Shown here in pieces: positions 52,610-64,000 of a DNA stretch of 64,000 nt; position 1 is the stretch's first letter, and every line of letters starts with the position of its first letter. Under the pieces are notes generated by a model that made no database searches, was not told the DNA's origin, and worked only from the letters and a program-made list of their open reading frames with translations. The stretch is from contig NC_058368.1 in assembly GCF_018350175.1 (NCBI RefSeq), positions 67,768,001 through 67,832,000 of the forward strand, given 5' to 3'. Made by a program: the position numbers and the translations under genes. The stretch is from Felis catus (taxonomy: Eukaryota).

Positions 52610-52980
52610 TATTTCAATTTACTTTAATAAGTAATGTATAATTAAATGCATGGTTCTGTGTTTAGTGTGAGTTTTGACAACGGTATATACCTGTGTAGCC
52701 ACTTCCTGGAAGTTCCTTCATGGCCCTTTCTAATTGATTTTATCCTCATCCTCACCCCCATAGTTCAACAACTTTCTGACTTCGGTATCTATAGATTAGT
52801 TTCACCTCTTCTTGGTCCCCATGTAGATGGAGTCATGCAACATGTACTCATTTGTGTCTGACTTTCTTCACTCACCGTAGTGTTTTGGATGTTCATCATT
52901 TGCAGTATTGCAGGTATCAGTAGTTTGTTCCTTTTTGTTGTATTTCATTATATGAATACCTAATTTATCCATTGGTCCTT
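52610..52980 (-). mobile_element. Ancient L1 3'UTR fragment
   Basis: gtgagttttgacaa...tatagattagttt...atggagtcatgcaacatgtactc. Confidence 0.65.
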
Positions 52981-53489
52981 CTGACGATTTTGCTAGTTGA
53001 AACTTAGAGGAACAAGGCCGAATATTTCCAAGGATTTTGAATTCTGTAGGTTAAGCTTCCTCCTGACCTCATTACTTAATATTGTCACATTTTTACTTTG
53101 TTTTGCCTGATACTGTTGAAAGAAACAAGAAGATACTTGCTTGTATAGTGTAAAATGCTAACACAGTGTCTAGCTCATGGAAAGTCTTCAATTAATGTGA
53201 GCCTTCATGGTAGCAACGAACAGTTTATCTAGTTTTACCTCCAAATACTTTTTAGTTCTAAACTTAAGTAGTATAGTAAATATTTTAGTTTCAGAAAAAA
53301 TTTAATAAAAACAGTTGTGAATTGCAAAAGAATCAAAATGTCTCTTCATCAAATCTGATTAAGCCTTAAGTGTACAAAGTTATATTCTCTTTGAAATGAC
53401 ATGGAGAATTATATTTATTACCACTTTATAATAGCTGACCATGGGAAACAACCTACTATGTAATAAGAGAAATATTGTTTAAAAGTTGT

Positions 53490-53743
53490 ATTTTTTTTTT
53501 AAGTAATCTCTACACCCACTGGCTTGAACTCACAGTCCTGAGATCAAGAGTCACATGCTTGGGGCACCTGGGTGGCTCATTTGGTTGAGTGTCTGACTTC
53601 AGCTCAGGTCATGATCTCATGGTTCATGGGTTCAAGCCCCACATTGGTGTCTGTGCTGACAGCTCAGAGCCTAGAGCCTGCTTCAGATTCTGTGTCTCCC
53701 TCTCTCTGCCCCTCCCCCACTCATGCCCCTCCCCCACTTTGTG

Positions 53744-53782
<39 letters not shown>

Positions 53783-53853
53783 AAAAATAAATAAACGTTA
53801 AAAAAATTAAAAAAAAGTCACATGTTCTACCAACTGAGCCAGCTAGGAGCCCC
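53490..53853 (-). mobile_element. Older short carnivore tRNA-SINE split by a younger SINE
   Basis: aagtaatctctacaccc..cttgaactcacagtcctgagatcaagagtcacatg then, after the insert, ctaccaactgagccagctaggagcccc. Confidence 0.8.
53561..53815 (+). mobile_element. Can-SINE nested in older SINE
   Basis: TSD core agtcacatg on both sides. Confidence 0.93.
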
Positions 53854-56800
53854 ATACAATAGGAGAATTTATAAAAATTATTTTTATCAGCTTTATGAGG
53901 CATGGTTGATGTACAATAAGTATACATATTTAAAATTTATAAAATTTGATATATTTTGATATATGTTTTACTGTAAAACTATCACCACAACCAAAATAAT
54001 GAACGTGTCTGTCATCTCCAAAAGTTTCCTTGTGCCCCTTAACACTTTTTTCTCCTGCCCTATCTTTCCCCCACTGGTTAGCTTTACTATAGATTAGTTT
54101 GCATTTTGTACAGTTTTACTAAGGGGATGTTGAAATAAGTTATAGTACATTTATTTTTGTTAAAATTAAAATAACACTTTTGAAGAATATTTAATTACAG
54201 GGAAGAAATTTTGATATAATGTTAGGTGAGAAATGATATCAAATTCTAAATCTAGAATAGTGTAGATTTACACACAGAATACCTTTAACATGAATAGAAA
54301 AAAGGTGAAGGAAACATATTAAAATGATAGGGTTATTTCTAGGTATGCGGGGTCATGGGTGATTTTATTTATTTTATACTATTTTCAATTCTCTAAATTT
54401 AGTATAATCAGAATACATTATTTCATAATCAGAAAAAAAAAAAAAGAAATCTGTGACCTAGGCGATGTGCATCTACAATGAACTCTTTATATAACGCATT
54501 GCTACTTGGCCGAGGAAACGTTCACCTGGGGATTTTAACTGTAAATAGGTAAGAACGTGTTCTGTGTGCCAAAGGAAAAACTCTGATAAAAAGCATTTCT
54601 TTTTCCTGGAAGTACTGGAGTGACTTGGATATTAATATAATTTCTCTGAGTAATCATGTTAATAACTGTGGTATGTAAAATAATTCCTACAGTATCTGAC
54701 TGCTTATCCTCCTGGAACTGAACTGAAAGCATTAAATGAGCTCTCTTGGTAATGAAGGTCACAAATCAAAAGAAAGAATACATGAAAAAAGGATTAGAAC
54801 AAAAAGAGCTAAAGCCATAACTCTACATCCCTGTTATAATGAATCCTATAATTTGACAAATGTCAGTGGGTAAAAAACGGCACTTAATGAATTAAGGATG
54901 AGCTGGTGTTCCCTGTTGTCAGTTGGGAATAAAAACATTTTTCCTGAAATAGTGAAAGATTCAGCAAAAAAGCACATACAAATTAAAATAATTTGTTCGA
55001 TGGAAGCATGTTATTTATTTTTTTTTATAAATAATCTTGGTAGGAAAGAGTACTTTTTCTTCTTGAGTTTTGCATAGGACTTACAGTGTGTATAACATAA
55101 ACAAGAGTTTACAAAGTTTATGTATTTTTTACTTCTTGACTTAACAAGATAGTAATTTCCTATCATGTGTTAGTAGGACTCTGCTCAGTTGCGATGAAAA
55201 ATGCAACATGAGCAAGTAGTGCCCCTGTTCACAAGCCACATAAAGTTTAGTGCATTTTGGGGGGGAGGCGTGGCACTTAGGCCTTAAATCAACTATTTTG
55301 AGCCTGAAGAAGTATTTTCAAGTCTAACTGTGGCCATACTAAAAGAAAATGAAAGTGACAGCATAGATCAATATAGTTATGAATTTCCATTAAAGTTAGT
55401 GTTTAGGTCATTTAAAAAAGATTGTATTTTATTAAAAATGTGACAATAATCATATTTTTTTCTCATTTATTTTTAGAAGTATTGTTAGTTCCCACTTTTG
55501 GGTAGATCATTCTCCTGGAAATCCCTTTTTCCAAAGAAGTAAAAATTTCTTATTTTGCATCTAAATTCCAGGATTAGTGGAGGTAAAATGAGACTGATTG
55601 GAAAGAACCTGGGATCAACGCAATACCTCCTAAGGCAGTTATTTCAGTTCTAAACTGAAGTGTAAACCCACGATATTACACGCGGTAAAATATTCCCAAG
55701 GGCACAGATGATTCCTCACACAATCAGAAGGCTGTATACTGTGCTTCCACGTATCTGTGGCAAAAAAGCATATGAATTGTGGCCTCAGGCAATTCTGATA
55801 CACATGCTCATATCTTATCACTGGATTGTTCCTGAAGTTTATAAATGTGGTAAATATGTATGTCAGGATCAATGGCATATCATGAAAGTATAATTAATAC
55901 AATTGAACATTTTATCCTTCCTTTGTGCTTATAGTCTGGTTTTCTTCCCAGACAAATCCTCCCACTTATTAAAGTGAATTCATTTTCAGAGATGCCTTAG
56001 AAAATCAAGAAACAGTAATATGATATTTCAGTAATGTCTTTAAAAAAGATATTCAAAGTTAAGGTGCTGATGCTTTCTGAGAGCTTAATTATATTTAAAA
56101 ATAAATGAAATTCTGATGACTTACATCCTTCACCTCCCCCAAACCTTTCTCTAATATAAATGCTATTTCATAGAAAACTCCTTAAAGTAGAACTTGACAT
56201 CTTTTAAAATCATTCACTATCACAACATAATGTAGTCTGCAAATGTTTTTCACCTCATTGGAAAAGGCTTTATGGATGAGCACAGATCCTACTGACAGCA
56301 GCGATTGAACGCCTTGCATAATGAAGCTAATATCCCTATAAAATAAGATAATGAACTTTCAAAATTTACAGAGCTCCCGAAAAAAGTTTTTTGCAGATCC
56401 TAATAAAACTTGGAGTAAAAATAGTGATACATGAATATTCCTTAACCACTTTATATTTAGACAAGTGACCCAATATATGTATATTAACAGTCAGGGCAGT
56501 TTCAAGAAAAACCTTAAATACTTGTAAGTGGTTTACTGCAGTGATTAGAACTGAATCTCTAAATTGTTTACGTTGAAGAGATATCTAAAAATAGTATGAT
56601 TTACATACTTGAGATCATTTTTCATCTTTTAAAACAAATGCAGTTTACTGAAAAAAATAATAAAGACTGTTCTTTGTAATTGAAAATAACTTATTTTCCC
56701 TTTCTAGACACACTCTAAACAAACCATTTAATTCAGTTCACTCTTGATTGTTTGGAAGATAGTTACCCAGTTTGTAGATTATTCAGACCCTCTGTTTCTC

Positions 56801-58765
56801 TGGCTGCTGTTTACCTTCTGTTTATATGAGTGCTTACCAGCATCCTGATGGGGTTGGGTGACTGAGGGAAGCACATGAAGAAACAGGAGTTAGATGAGCC
56901 AATGTTTTCCTTATTAATGTTAGGAAAATGTTTTGCCGGAAAGCTTAGTTAAAATTAGGTTTTCAAGGTATTAGTGATTTTAATTTATGGTATATGTGTC
57001 TGTCACTAATTTAGGGAATCCTAAACTTAATTGAAAACAAAGATAGCATGATGTAGTGAAGAGCTTTGAAATCAGACTCAGTGGAGTTCAAATCCCATCT
57101 CTGCCATTACTATCCATATGACTTTGACAAGATAGTTTAAATTATTAGCCTCTATTTTTTAATCAGCTCATGGAGGATAAAATATCTGGCATACGGAGTT
57201 TTATGAGAATTAATAATGATTTATGGTAAAATTTGTTATATAGAATATTCACACCTTTTTACCTGGGTACGTCTCTTGGTTTATTAGAACATATTCAATA
57301 CCAGAGACCCATTACTTGATTAAGATTTCTAGGTATACTACAAAGAGTGGTTATCAGAACTATCAATGGCCAAAGGTTTATTATATCAGCGTAATGACAC
57401 ATTATTCACGTAATTCCATGAAGCTGGCTATTCTAAGTCATAGAAGAGCACTCGTCACTTTTATTGAAAGCATAAAAGATTTCCACCAGAATTAGGATAC
57501 AAACACAGGAAAGTAAGTTGAAAGTGAGAACTCTAGAGACCCGTTTTTCTTCATGTTGTGTTCACTATCAAATAGTCATATATAAAAAGATCTCAATTTA
57601 TATCTTTTATGTACTAGACGTGATCCTGAAATTGCTTATAAATAAAAGGTTTTTTAAAAAGTAGAAATGCAAATAGATTAGAGAACCTTGATGTTCAAAG
57701 AAGTTGGACAGAAACTTCAGCTAGATGCTCCCTAATATATTTTTAGAATTCTTCAAAATACGTTATAAATCATGCCTCATTCTTCTTGTTCCTGCCTGGA
57801 CTGCTTTCCCAGGGCTCTCATGCAAGCCTGGGATGAAAGCAATTTTATAAAGTAATTGATACCCAGGTGTAGTCACTGTATGCAGACATCTTTTGGAAAA
57901 ATAGTTTTTCAAGTAAGTTATGGTTTATTTAAAGTTGCTTTTTTAAAATTCAGAGAACACAAGGCTTAGTGCCTTTAAAAAGGAAACCATTGCATTTGCT
58001 AGTGTTGAATTGTTAACTGGAGTTGAAGCATGAATCAGGTGGTAGGCGGCACTGACTGGGAGAATCAAGCTGCAAAAGAAGGTGGTCATATCACTTGTCA
58101 TCAGCAACACCAGGAAAGTTTGTTGTATCTTCCAGATGCAGAATTGAGATGCCAAGAGATGCAGATAAGCCAACAAAGTGACTAAGTGTGGTTGAGGGAC
58201 ATTTTAAAAGCCAAACTTTCATTTTCTCCAATTTCTGTACTTACTCCCACATATTTTAATTGAAAAAAGGGAAAATGTGTTTTGTCATTCTTGATAGTGA
58301 TCAGTGAAGCACATAATGAAGGATTAACTTAATTACTAATCATTGTAGGGAATGTCATTCAAAAGAAGTCTACTTTCATTACTAAGTTCAGGCTGTGTGT
58401 TTTTCCCATTTTACTCTGTGTTTTTTGGGTTACTCAAAATCACTCATCGACAGCTAACCTGCCCTTTGACCAGTTAGTTTATTTATCTCTGACAGATATT
58501 GCCAGGTTTCAGCTGTCTTGATAAGTCGTGATGAGATTGAAAACACACTAGCCATCATCCTAAGTGCATATTGGACAAAACCATTTAACGAGAGAATTAC
58601 AGCACAGTCAGTGGATTAAAGGCAAGAGAGTATATGTGACACATGGTGAGGTGGAAACCTCTCTGGGTAGGGTCTGGAGAGAGAGGGAGAGAGACAAAAG
58701 AGATGAGATTGTGCTTGTATTTATAGCTACCCTTGACCTTGACCTGCATACTGGAGCTATTTCTT

Positions 58766-58983
58766 CTTCTTCTTTTTTTTTTTTTTTCAAATTTTTAATG
58801 TTTATTTATTTTTGAGAGATAGAGAGAGAGAGAGACAGAGTGCGAGTGGGGGAGGGGCAGAGAGAGAGGTAGACACAGAATCTGAAGCCGGCTCCAGGCT
58901 CCACGGTGTCAGCACAGAGCCCATTGTGGGGCTCGAACCCACGAACCGTGAGATCATGACCCGAGATCATGACCTGGGCATCC
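58766..58983 (-). mobile_element. Can-SINE with rearranged head
   Basis: Perfect 15-bp TSD ctggagctatttctt at 58751-58765 and 58984-58998. Confidence 0.93.
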
Positions 58984-59377
58984 CTGGAGCTATTTCTTTG
59001 ATGAACATTTCATTTAATTAAGAAAATGCATTTCAAGATCGGTAGTCTTTGTGTAAACTTCAAAGAAGTGAAGACAGCAATCTAAAGAAAATGAATTTCA
59101 GGAAAGTCAACTTCAAACAGCTTAAATAAATGATAAGAAAAGGATCTGTAAGTGGAAGGATACACACACACTAGGTTGCTTCTGAAAGCAGCACTTGTAA
59201 GGGTGGCAAGAAGCAGAGAACAGGGTGACATCTGCATAACTACACAGAGCTGCGCATGTGAAATGCCCAACAGAGTAGGGATTAGAAAAGAGTAATACAC
59301 TAGAAATAGGGCATCTCAGTGGTAGCATATGAGGATAAAACCAGGAAACAAATGGTCCATAGAAGGTGAAATGCACT

Positions 59378-59537
59378 GGGGCTTCTGGGTGACTCAGTCA
59401 GTTAAGGGTCTGACTTTCCCAGCCCCGCATGGGGCTCTCTGCTGTTGGCACAGAGCCCCCTTCCAATCCTCTGATCTCTCTGCCCTGCCCCTCTCCCACT
59501 GTCTCTCTAAAAAATAAATAAATATTATTTAGAAAAA
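59378..59537 (+). mobile_element. Degenerate, internally deleted Can-SINE
   Basis: ggggcttctgggtgactcagtcagttaag head; TSD aaggtgaaa..cactg. Confidence 0.8.
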
Positions 59538-60152
59538 AGGTGAAAGTCACTGAAAATGACAAGGCAATATTCTTTAGGTCTGTATGAGATGAAAGGAAGC
59601 CTGAAAAAAACATATCCTCTCTATTAGACTCAAAGAAAAAATGAATTGGTACCAAAAAATAAATAAATAAAAATGAAAAAAAGCAAGCAGAATCCACTTG
59701 TTCTTTAAGAAAATTTAGCTTTCATGATAAAGTGTAATGTACAATTTGGAAAGTGGAACAGGAAACAGTGTGGTTGAAGGGCAGAGAAACAAACTAGACT
59801 TGGCAGGGAATTGATCAAAATCACTTAAATAAACAGATCCCGACGACTTTCAAATTAGAATGCCAATTATTGATGATTCCAGCTCTGAGGTGCTAAAAAT
59901 AACACCTTTTTGTTACTGTAGAAAATTGTTCTTAGTGATTTCTAGATCACTGTGAACGGTTAGTGCCTGCTTCATTATGCTTTATGTCAAAGGACACAAA
60001 ATGGAATTTATTTTTTTATTATGAAAGTAGTTCCTGAACATTTTTTTAAAAAAGTGCCTTCATTTTTATAGCCTTTTTTTCTTTAAAACCACAAGAGTGT
60101 GACTCCTATTTTCCTGTATCAGGATTCTAGGAGAAAAAGCTCACCTCATTTT

Positions 60153-60785
60153 TTTTAATTTAATTTTTTTATTTTTTAAAATTTACATCCAAATTAGTTA
60201 TCATATAATGTGGCAATGATTTCAGGAGTAGATGCCTTAGTGCCCCTTACCCATTTAGCCCATCCCCCCCTCCCACAACCCCTCCAGTAACCCTCAGCTT
60301 ATTCTCCATATTTATGAGTCTCTTCTGTTTTGTCCCCCTCCCTGTTTTTATTTTTGTTTCCCTTCCCTTATGTTCATCTGTTTTGTCTCTTAAAGTCTTC
60401 ATATGAGTGAAGTCATATGATTTTTGTCTTTCTCTGACTGACTAATTTCACTTAGCATAACACCCTCTAGTTCCATCCACGAAGTTGCAAATGGCCAGAT
60501 TTCATTCTTTTTGATTGCTGAGTAATACTCCATTGTGTATATATACCACATCTTCTTTATCCATTCATCCATCAATGGACATTTGGGCCCTTTCCCTACT
60601 TTGGCTATTGTTGATAGTGCTGCTATAAACATGGGGGTGCATGTGTCCCTTTGAAACAGCACACCTGTATCCAGTGGATAAATGCCTAGTAGTGCAATTG
60701 CTGGGTTGTAGGGTAGTTCCATTTTTAGTCTTTTGAGGAACCTCCATACTGTCTTCCACAGTGGCTCCACCAGCTTGTATTCTCA
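60153..60785 (-). mobile_element. 5'-truncated carnivore L1
   Basis: Minus ORF 60399-60770 [31 protein letters not shown]... is the ORF2 C-terminus; TSD tcacctc(a/g)tttt at 60141-60152 and 60786-60797. Confidence 0.95.
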
Positions 60786-60993
60786 TCACCTCGTTTTAAA
60801 GTAAGTTGCATTCATGCTAAGAATTATAGGTCTGTCTAGGTGAGAAAAGCCAATCTCTGTCCCAAAGCTGCCAGGGCATCAGGGAGAAGAGAAACAAAAG
60901 ATAACCCCATGTCAGCATCCTAATCCTATTTTTGAAAAGCATATCTCTTATTTGGGTCAATTAAGGAAAATGTGTGATACTAAAACAAAAATT

Positions 60994-61210
60994 GGGGTGC
61001 CTGGGTGGCTCGGTCGGTTAAGCATCCGACTTCAACTCAGGTCCCGATCTCACGATCCGTGAATTCGAGCCCCCCGTCGGGCTCTGGGCTGATGGCTCAG
61101 AGCTTGGAGCCTGCTTCAGATTCTGTGTCTCCCTCTCTCTCTGCTCCTCTCCCGTTCATGCTCTGTCTCTGTCTCAAAAATAAATAAACGTTCAAAAAAA
61201 TTAAAAAAAA
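60994..61210 (+). mobile_element. Can-SINE
   Basis: Full head, CpG-rich body, A tail. Confidence 0.93.
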
Positions 61211-61544
61211 ATTATTCCTCCCCTGTAAAGACAGCTTATTATGTCCAGGACAGAATACAATGTACAACCTTTATATTTTTCAATTACAGGGATCTGAACA
61301 ATATGGTAAACTTCCAGGAAGATTTGCAGAGATTATTCACTAGCAGCTGAATAATGCCTATACATGTAGTTTAATGTATATTTTCTCATAAGATGTCTGA
61401 GAATGACTAAACCAATCCCATGGAGATTAAGACGTGTTATCTGAAGATAACTAATTATCTGAAGACAACTAGTTTCACTAGAAATGAAACTGTTAGTGGT
61501 GGGATTTCAATGGAACATTTTGAGTATTTATGTTTTCACAGGGC

Positions 61545-61715
61545 CAATTTTAGAGAGAGAGAGAGAGAGGCAGAGGGAGAGAGAAAGAAAATCCTAAGCA
61601 GGTTCCATGCTTAGCTCAGAGCCCGATACAGGGCTCAATCCCATGACTCTGGGATCATGACCTGAGCTGAAATCAAGAGTCAGACGCCCAACCAACTGAG
61701 CCATGCATGCGCTCC
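61545..61715 (-). mobile_element. Can-SINE (degenerate)
   Basis: (GA)n, gatcatgacctgagctgaaatcaagagtcag. Confidence 0.85.
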
Positions 61716-62040
61716 AAATATTTTGACTTAAAAAAAAAATTAGCGAATAAAACAAATAGATTTTTGATGAAGGTCCAGACTTTATCTAGAAGGTCTAGAG
61801 GAAGGTCCACATCAATTTAAAAAATAGTTCCTATGTCAAAAGCAGCACATTGAATAGTAATAGCACTGGAAATGAGATTAGGCTCCTGTCTGGGTGGTTC
61901 TGCCTATGACTTGGGGCAGGACGCTTCCAGCTTTCTTTCCTCACGTTGCCCTAGGCTAGATGCCCAAGAAGGACACTTGGGCACTCTGATTCTTTTTTCA
62001 AAATTATGATAACCTATATAAAAAATCTAAATGTACCAAG

Positions 62041-62041
<1 letters not shown>

Positions 62042-62081
<40 letters not shown>
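62042..62081. repeat. (TG)n microsatellite
   Basis: Directly visible. Confidence 0.97.
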
Positions 62082-62083
<2 letters not shown>

Positions 62084-62248
62084 CACAAGGGAAACTTGAG
62101 TGGAGAAGTGTGGGTAGCAAATCTATCACCATTTCCTTTTGGCATGATGGTTAATGGCTTGAACATATTTCTAAGTAGATGCCTCACGGTCACTGAAGAT
62201 GTCCATCAATAGGAAAAAATCCAGTTAATATTATTTTTTAAAAATCAC

Positions 62249-62415
62249 TGTATTAGTTTCCTAGGGCTGCTGTAAGTACCACAAATTGTCCTAAAAACAC
62301 CAGATATATAGTCTCATAGTTCTTGAGGTCAGAAGTCTGAAATCACGGTGTCCACAGAGCCATGCTTCCTCTGAAATCTATGGGAGAAAATTGAATCCTT
62401 CTTTGCCATTTCCCC
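62249..62415 (-). mobile_element. MLT1 LTR 3' fragment
   Basis: tgtattagtttcctagggctgctgtaa...agttcttgaggtcagaagtctgaaatcacggtgtc. Confidence 0.75.
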
Positions 62416-63234
62416 ATCAGCTGGGCTGAAGTTTGTGTGCCTATTGGGAGGTGTGTTGTACTTCCTCTAAAAATGGTTAGAAAACAAAGAAATTGGCTCA
62501 GTTTCTGGGACATAGAGTTTATCTGATTAACCCAATGTTCTGTATGCAGATCCATCAAAAGCAAGCAAAGTGTTTGAGAATTGTATCATATTTACATAAA
62601 AGTGATTTCAACCATTAAAACTGCCAGGATGAAAAATTCTATTTTAAATTTTAGTAAGTTACATAGGCTAAACTTTCAAAAAGTAATGATAGGCTAAGCT
62701 TTGCAAATGTAAACTTTAAAAATGCTGACTTTTATTAATTATGAAATATCATTTGAGGAATTTCCAACCCCAATATGTATACCAAATACACTTGACAAAT
62801 GTCTGTTTCTAAGTTGCTTTTCATCAGTATTAGTTACTACACAATATTGCCATGGTAAGGGCTGCAGTAATATAAGGTTGGATAGTTAGTGGCGAGGGAC
62901 ATAGGTCCTGGGTTTACATTTCTGTCCATCACCTGCTGACTGGCTTGGCCAGGTGGTTAGCTGTTTTAACCCATATTTTCTCAATTATAAAGTGGGGTGG
63001 CTAATACCACGTCAAAGGTTTATTTGGACAGTATAATGATCTAAAACACTCAGCACATCATCTGGTACTTAGTAGTTTTTCAGTGAATGGAGAGGATTAA
63101 TGATAATGTTAACATTAAACAATGTCAGATAATTTGAGATTTAGTGTAAGCATCAGTTTTAGAGGGGAAGAATTCTCCGCTTTATTTGAATTCACTGAAT
63201 TGTTTCCATAATGCATTAAAAGGTTGTGGGGGAC

Positions 63235-63450
63235 AGGCATGTGGGTGGCTCAGTTGGTTGAGCATCCTACTCTTGATTTTGGCTCAGGTCATGATCCCAG
63301 GGTCATGGAATGAAGCCCCATGTCAGGCTCTGTGCTGAGTGTGGAGCCTGCTTAAGATTCTCTCTGCCCTTCTCCCCTGCTTGTATGCTCTCTTTCTCTC
63401 TCAAATAAATAAATAAATAAATGAATGAATGAATAAATAAATAAATAAAA
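63235..63450 (+). mobile_element. Can-SINE with (TAAA/TGAA)n tail
   Basis: TSD aaaggttgtggggga on both sides. Confidence 0.92.
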
Positions 63451-64000
63451 TTAAAGGTTGTGGGGGATAGGAAATAAGATGCTTTGTCTTTCATTGGCTG
63501 GTGTGCCATGTTTGGGAAATAAACCCTTTATTTTCATTTCAAAAGATAAGTATAATTATAACAGGTAAGTTTCAGTGAAAGTAAAGACTTTTTAATCCTC
63601 TAAATTGTCCCTCAAACACTGTCAGAACTTGGTAAAGTGTTCCTAAAATATTTTAATTTTCATTTATTAGTGACTGTGATTTTACTCTTCAGCTTAGTGT
63701 AACATCAGCAGAATGTCAAGGATCCTTCTAATGTTCTTACTTTTACTATTAAATAATTTTATGAGTAGAAGAGATGGCTTCATACAAATCAGTGAAAAAG
63801 AAATGAGGGTTCTAACAGATGAATAGGTAAAGATAATGAATGGGTAACTCACAAAGGAAGAGTGAAACTAGGAAATAACCATGACAGGAAAAATGTTCTC
63901 TGTAATAAGAGAAGTGAAATTAATGCAGCAAATTGTCTATTGCTTCTTGTGGTAGGAAAACTTTTTGCTACAGAGAAAGGGGTCTGAGATTACTGGTGAC

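Larger units (their letters stand above)
9347..64000 (+). other. HS6ST3: HS6ST3 intron 1 (5' part)
   Basis: Starts GTACTG after exon 1. No exon encoding the expected continuation (NFYYITMLRDP...) was seen in the window. HS6ST3 is known to have a very long intron. Confidence 0.9.

Noticed and set aside
104..63450. tRNA genes or a CRISPR-like array
   Set aside because: tRNA-like A/B boxes all belong to SINE heads; the repeats are dispersed with TSDs and poly-A tails, not regularly spaced. The DNA is mammalian.
63555..63572. CAG|GTAAGT (and AAG|GTAAGT at ~18981) as recursive sites or exon ends
   Set aside because: Perfect donors but no adjacent pyrimidine tract or convincing upstream acceptor; expected by chance in 55 kb.

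Overview
Mammalian genomic DNA. The dense tRNA-derived Can-SINEs (SINEC_Fc-like) and carnivore-type L1 3' ends point to a felid such as cat; the species is inferred. The only supportable gene is the 5' end of HS6ST3 (heparan sulfate 6-O-sulfotransferase 3) on the + strand. It comprises a CpG-island promoter/5'UTR (~7.5-9.7 kb), coding exon 1 (ATG 8643 to donor at 9346|9347) and ~55 kb of the very long first intron. The remainder is interspersed repeat (about 25 Can-SINEs, 5'-truncated L1s, solo LTRs, L2, MIR, CR1) and microsatellites. All other ORFs in the track look like GC-rich shadows or repeat-derived noise. I found no convincing novel biological system. The best leads are regulatory: three uORFs in the HS6ST3 leader (one with strong Kozak context stopping 10 nt before the main ATG), candidate recursive-splice motifs in intron 1, and some readable nested-insertion and duplication histories. 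Repeat family names are by eye and boundaries of ancient repeats are approximate.
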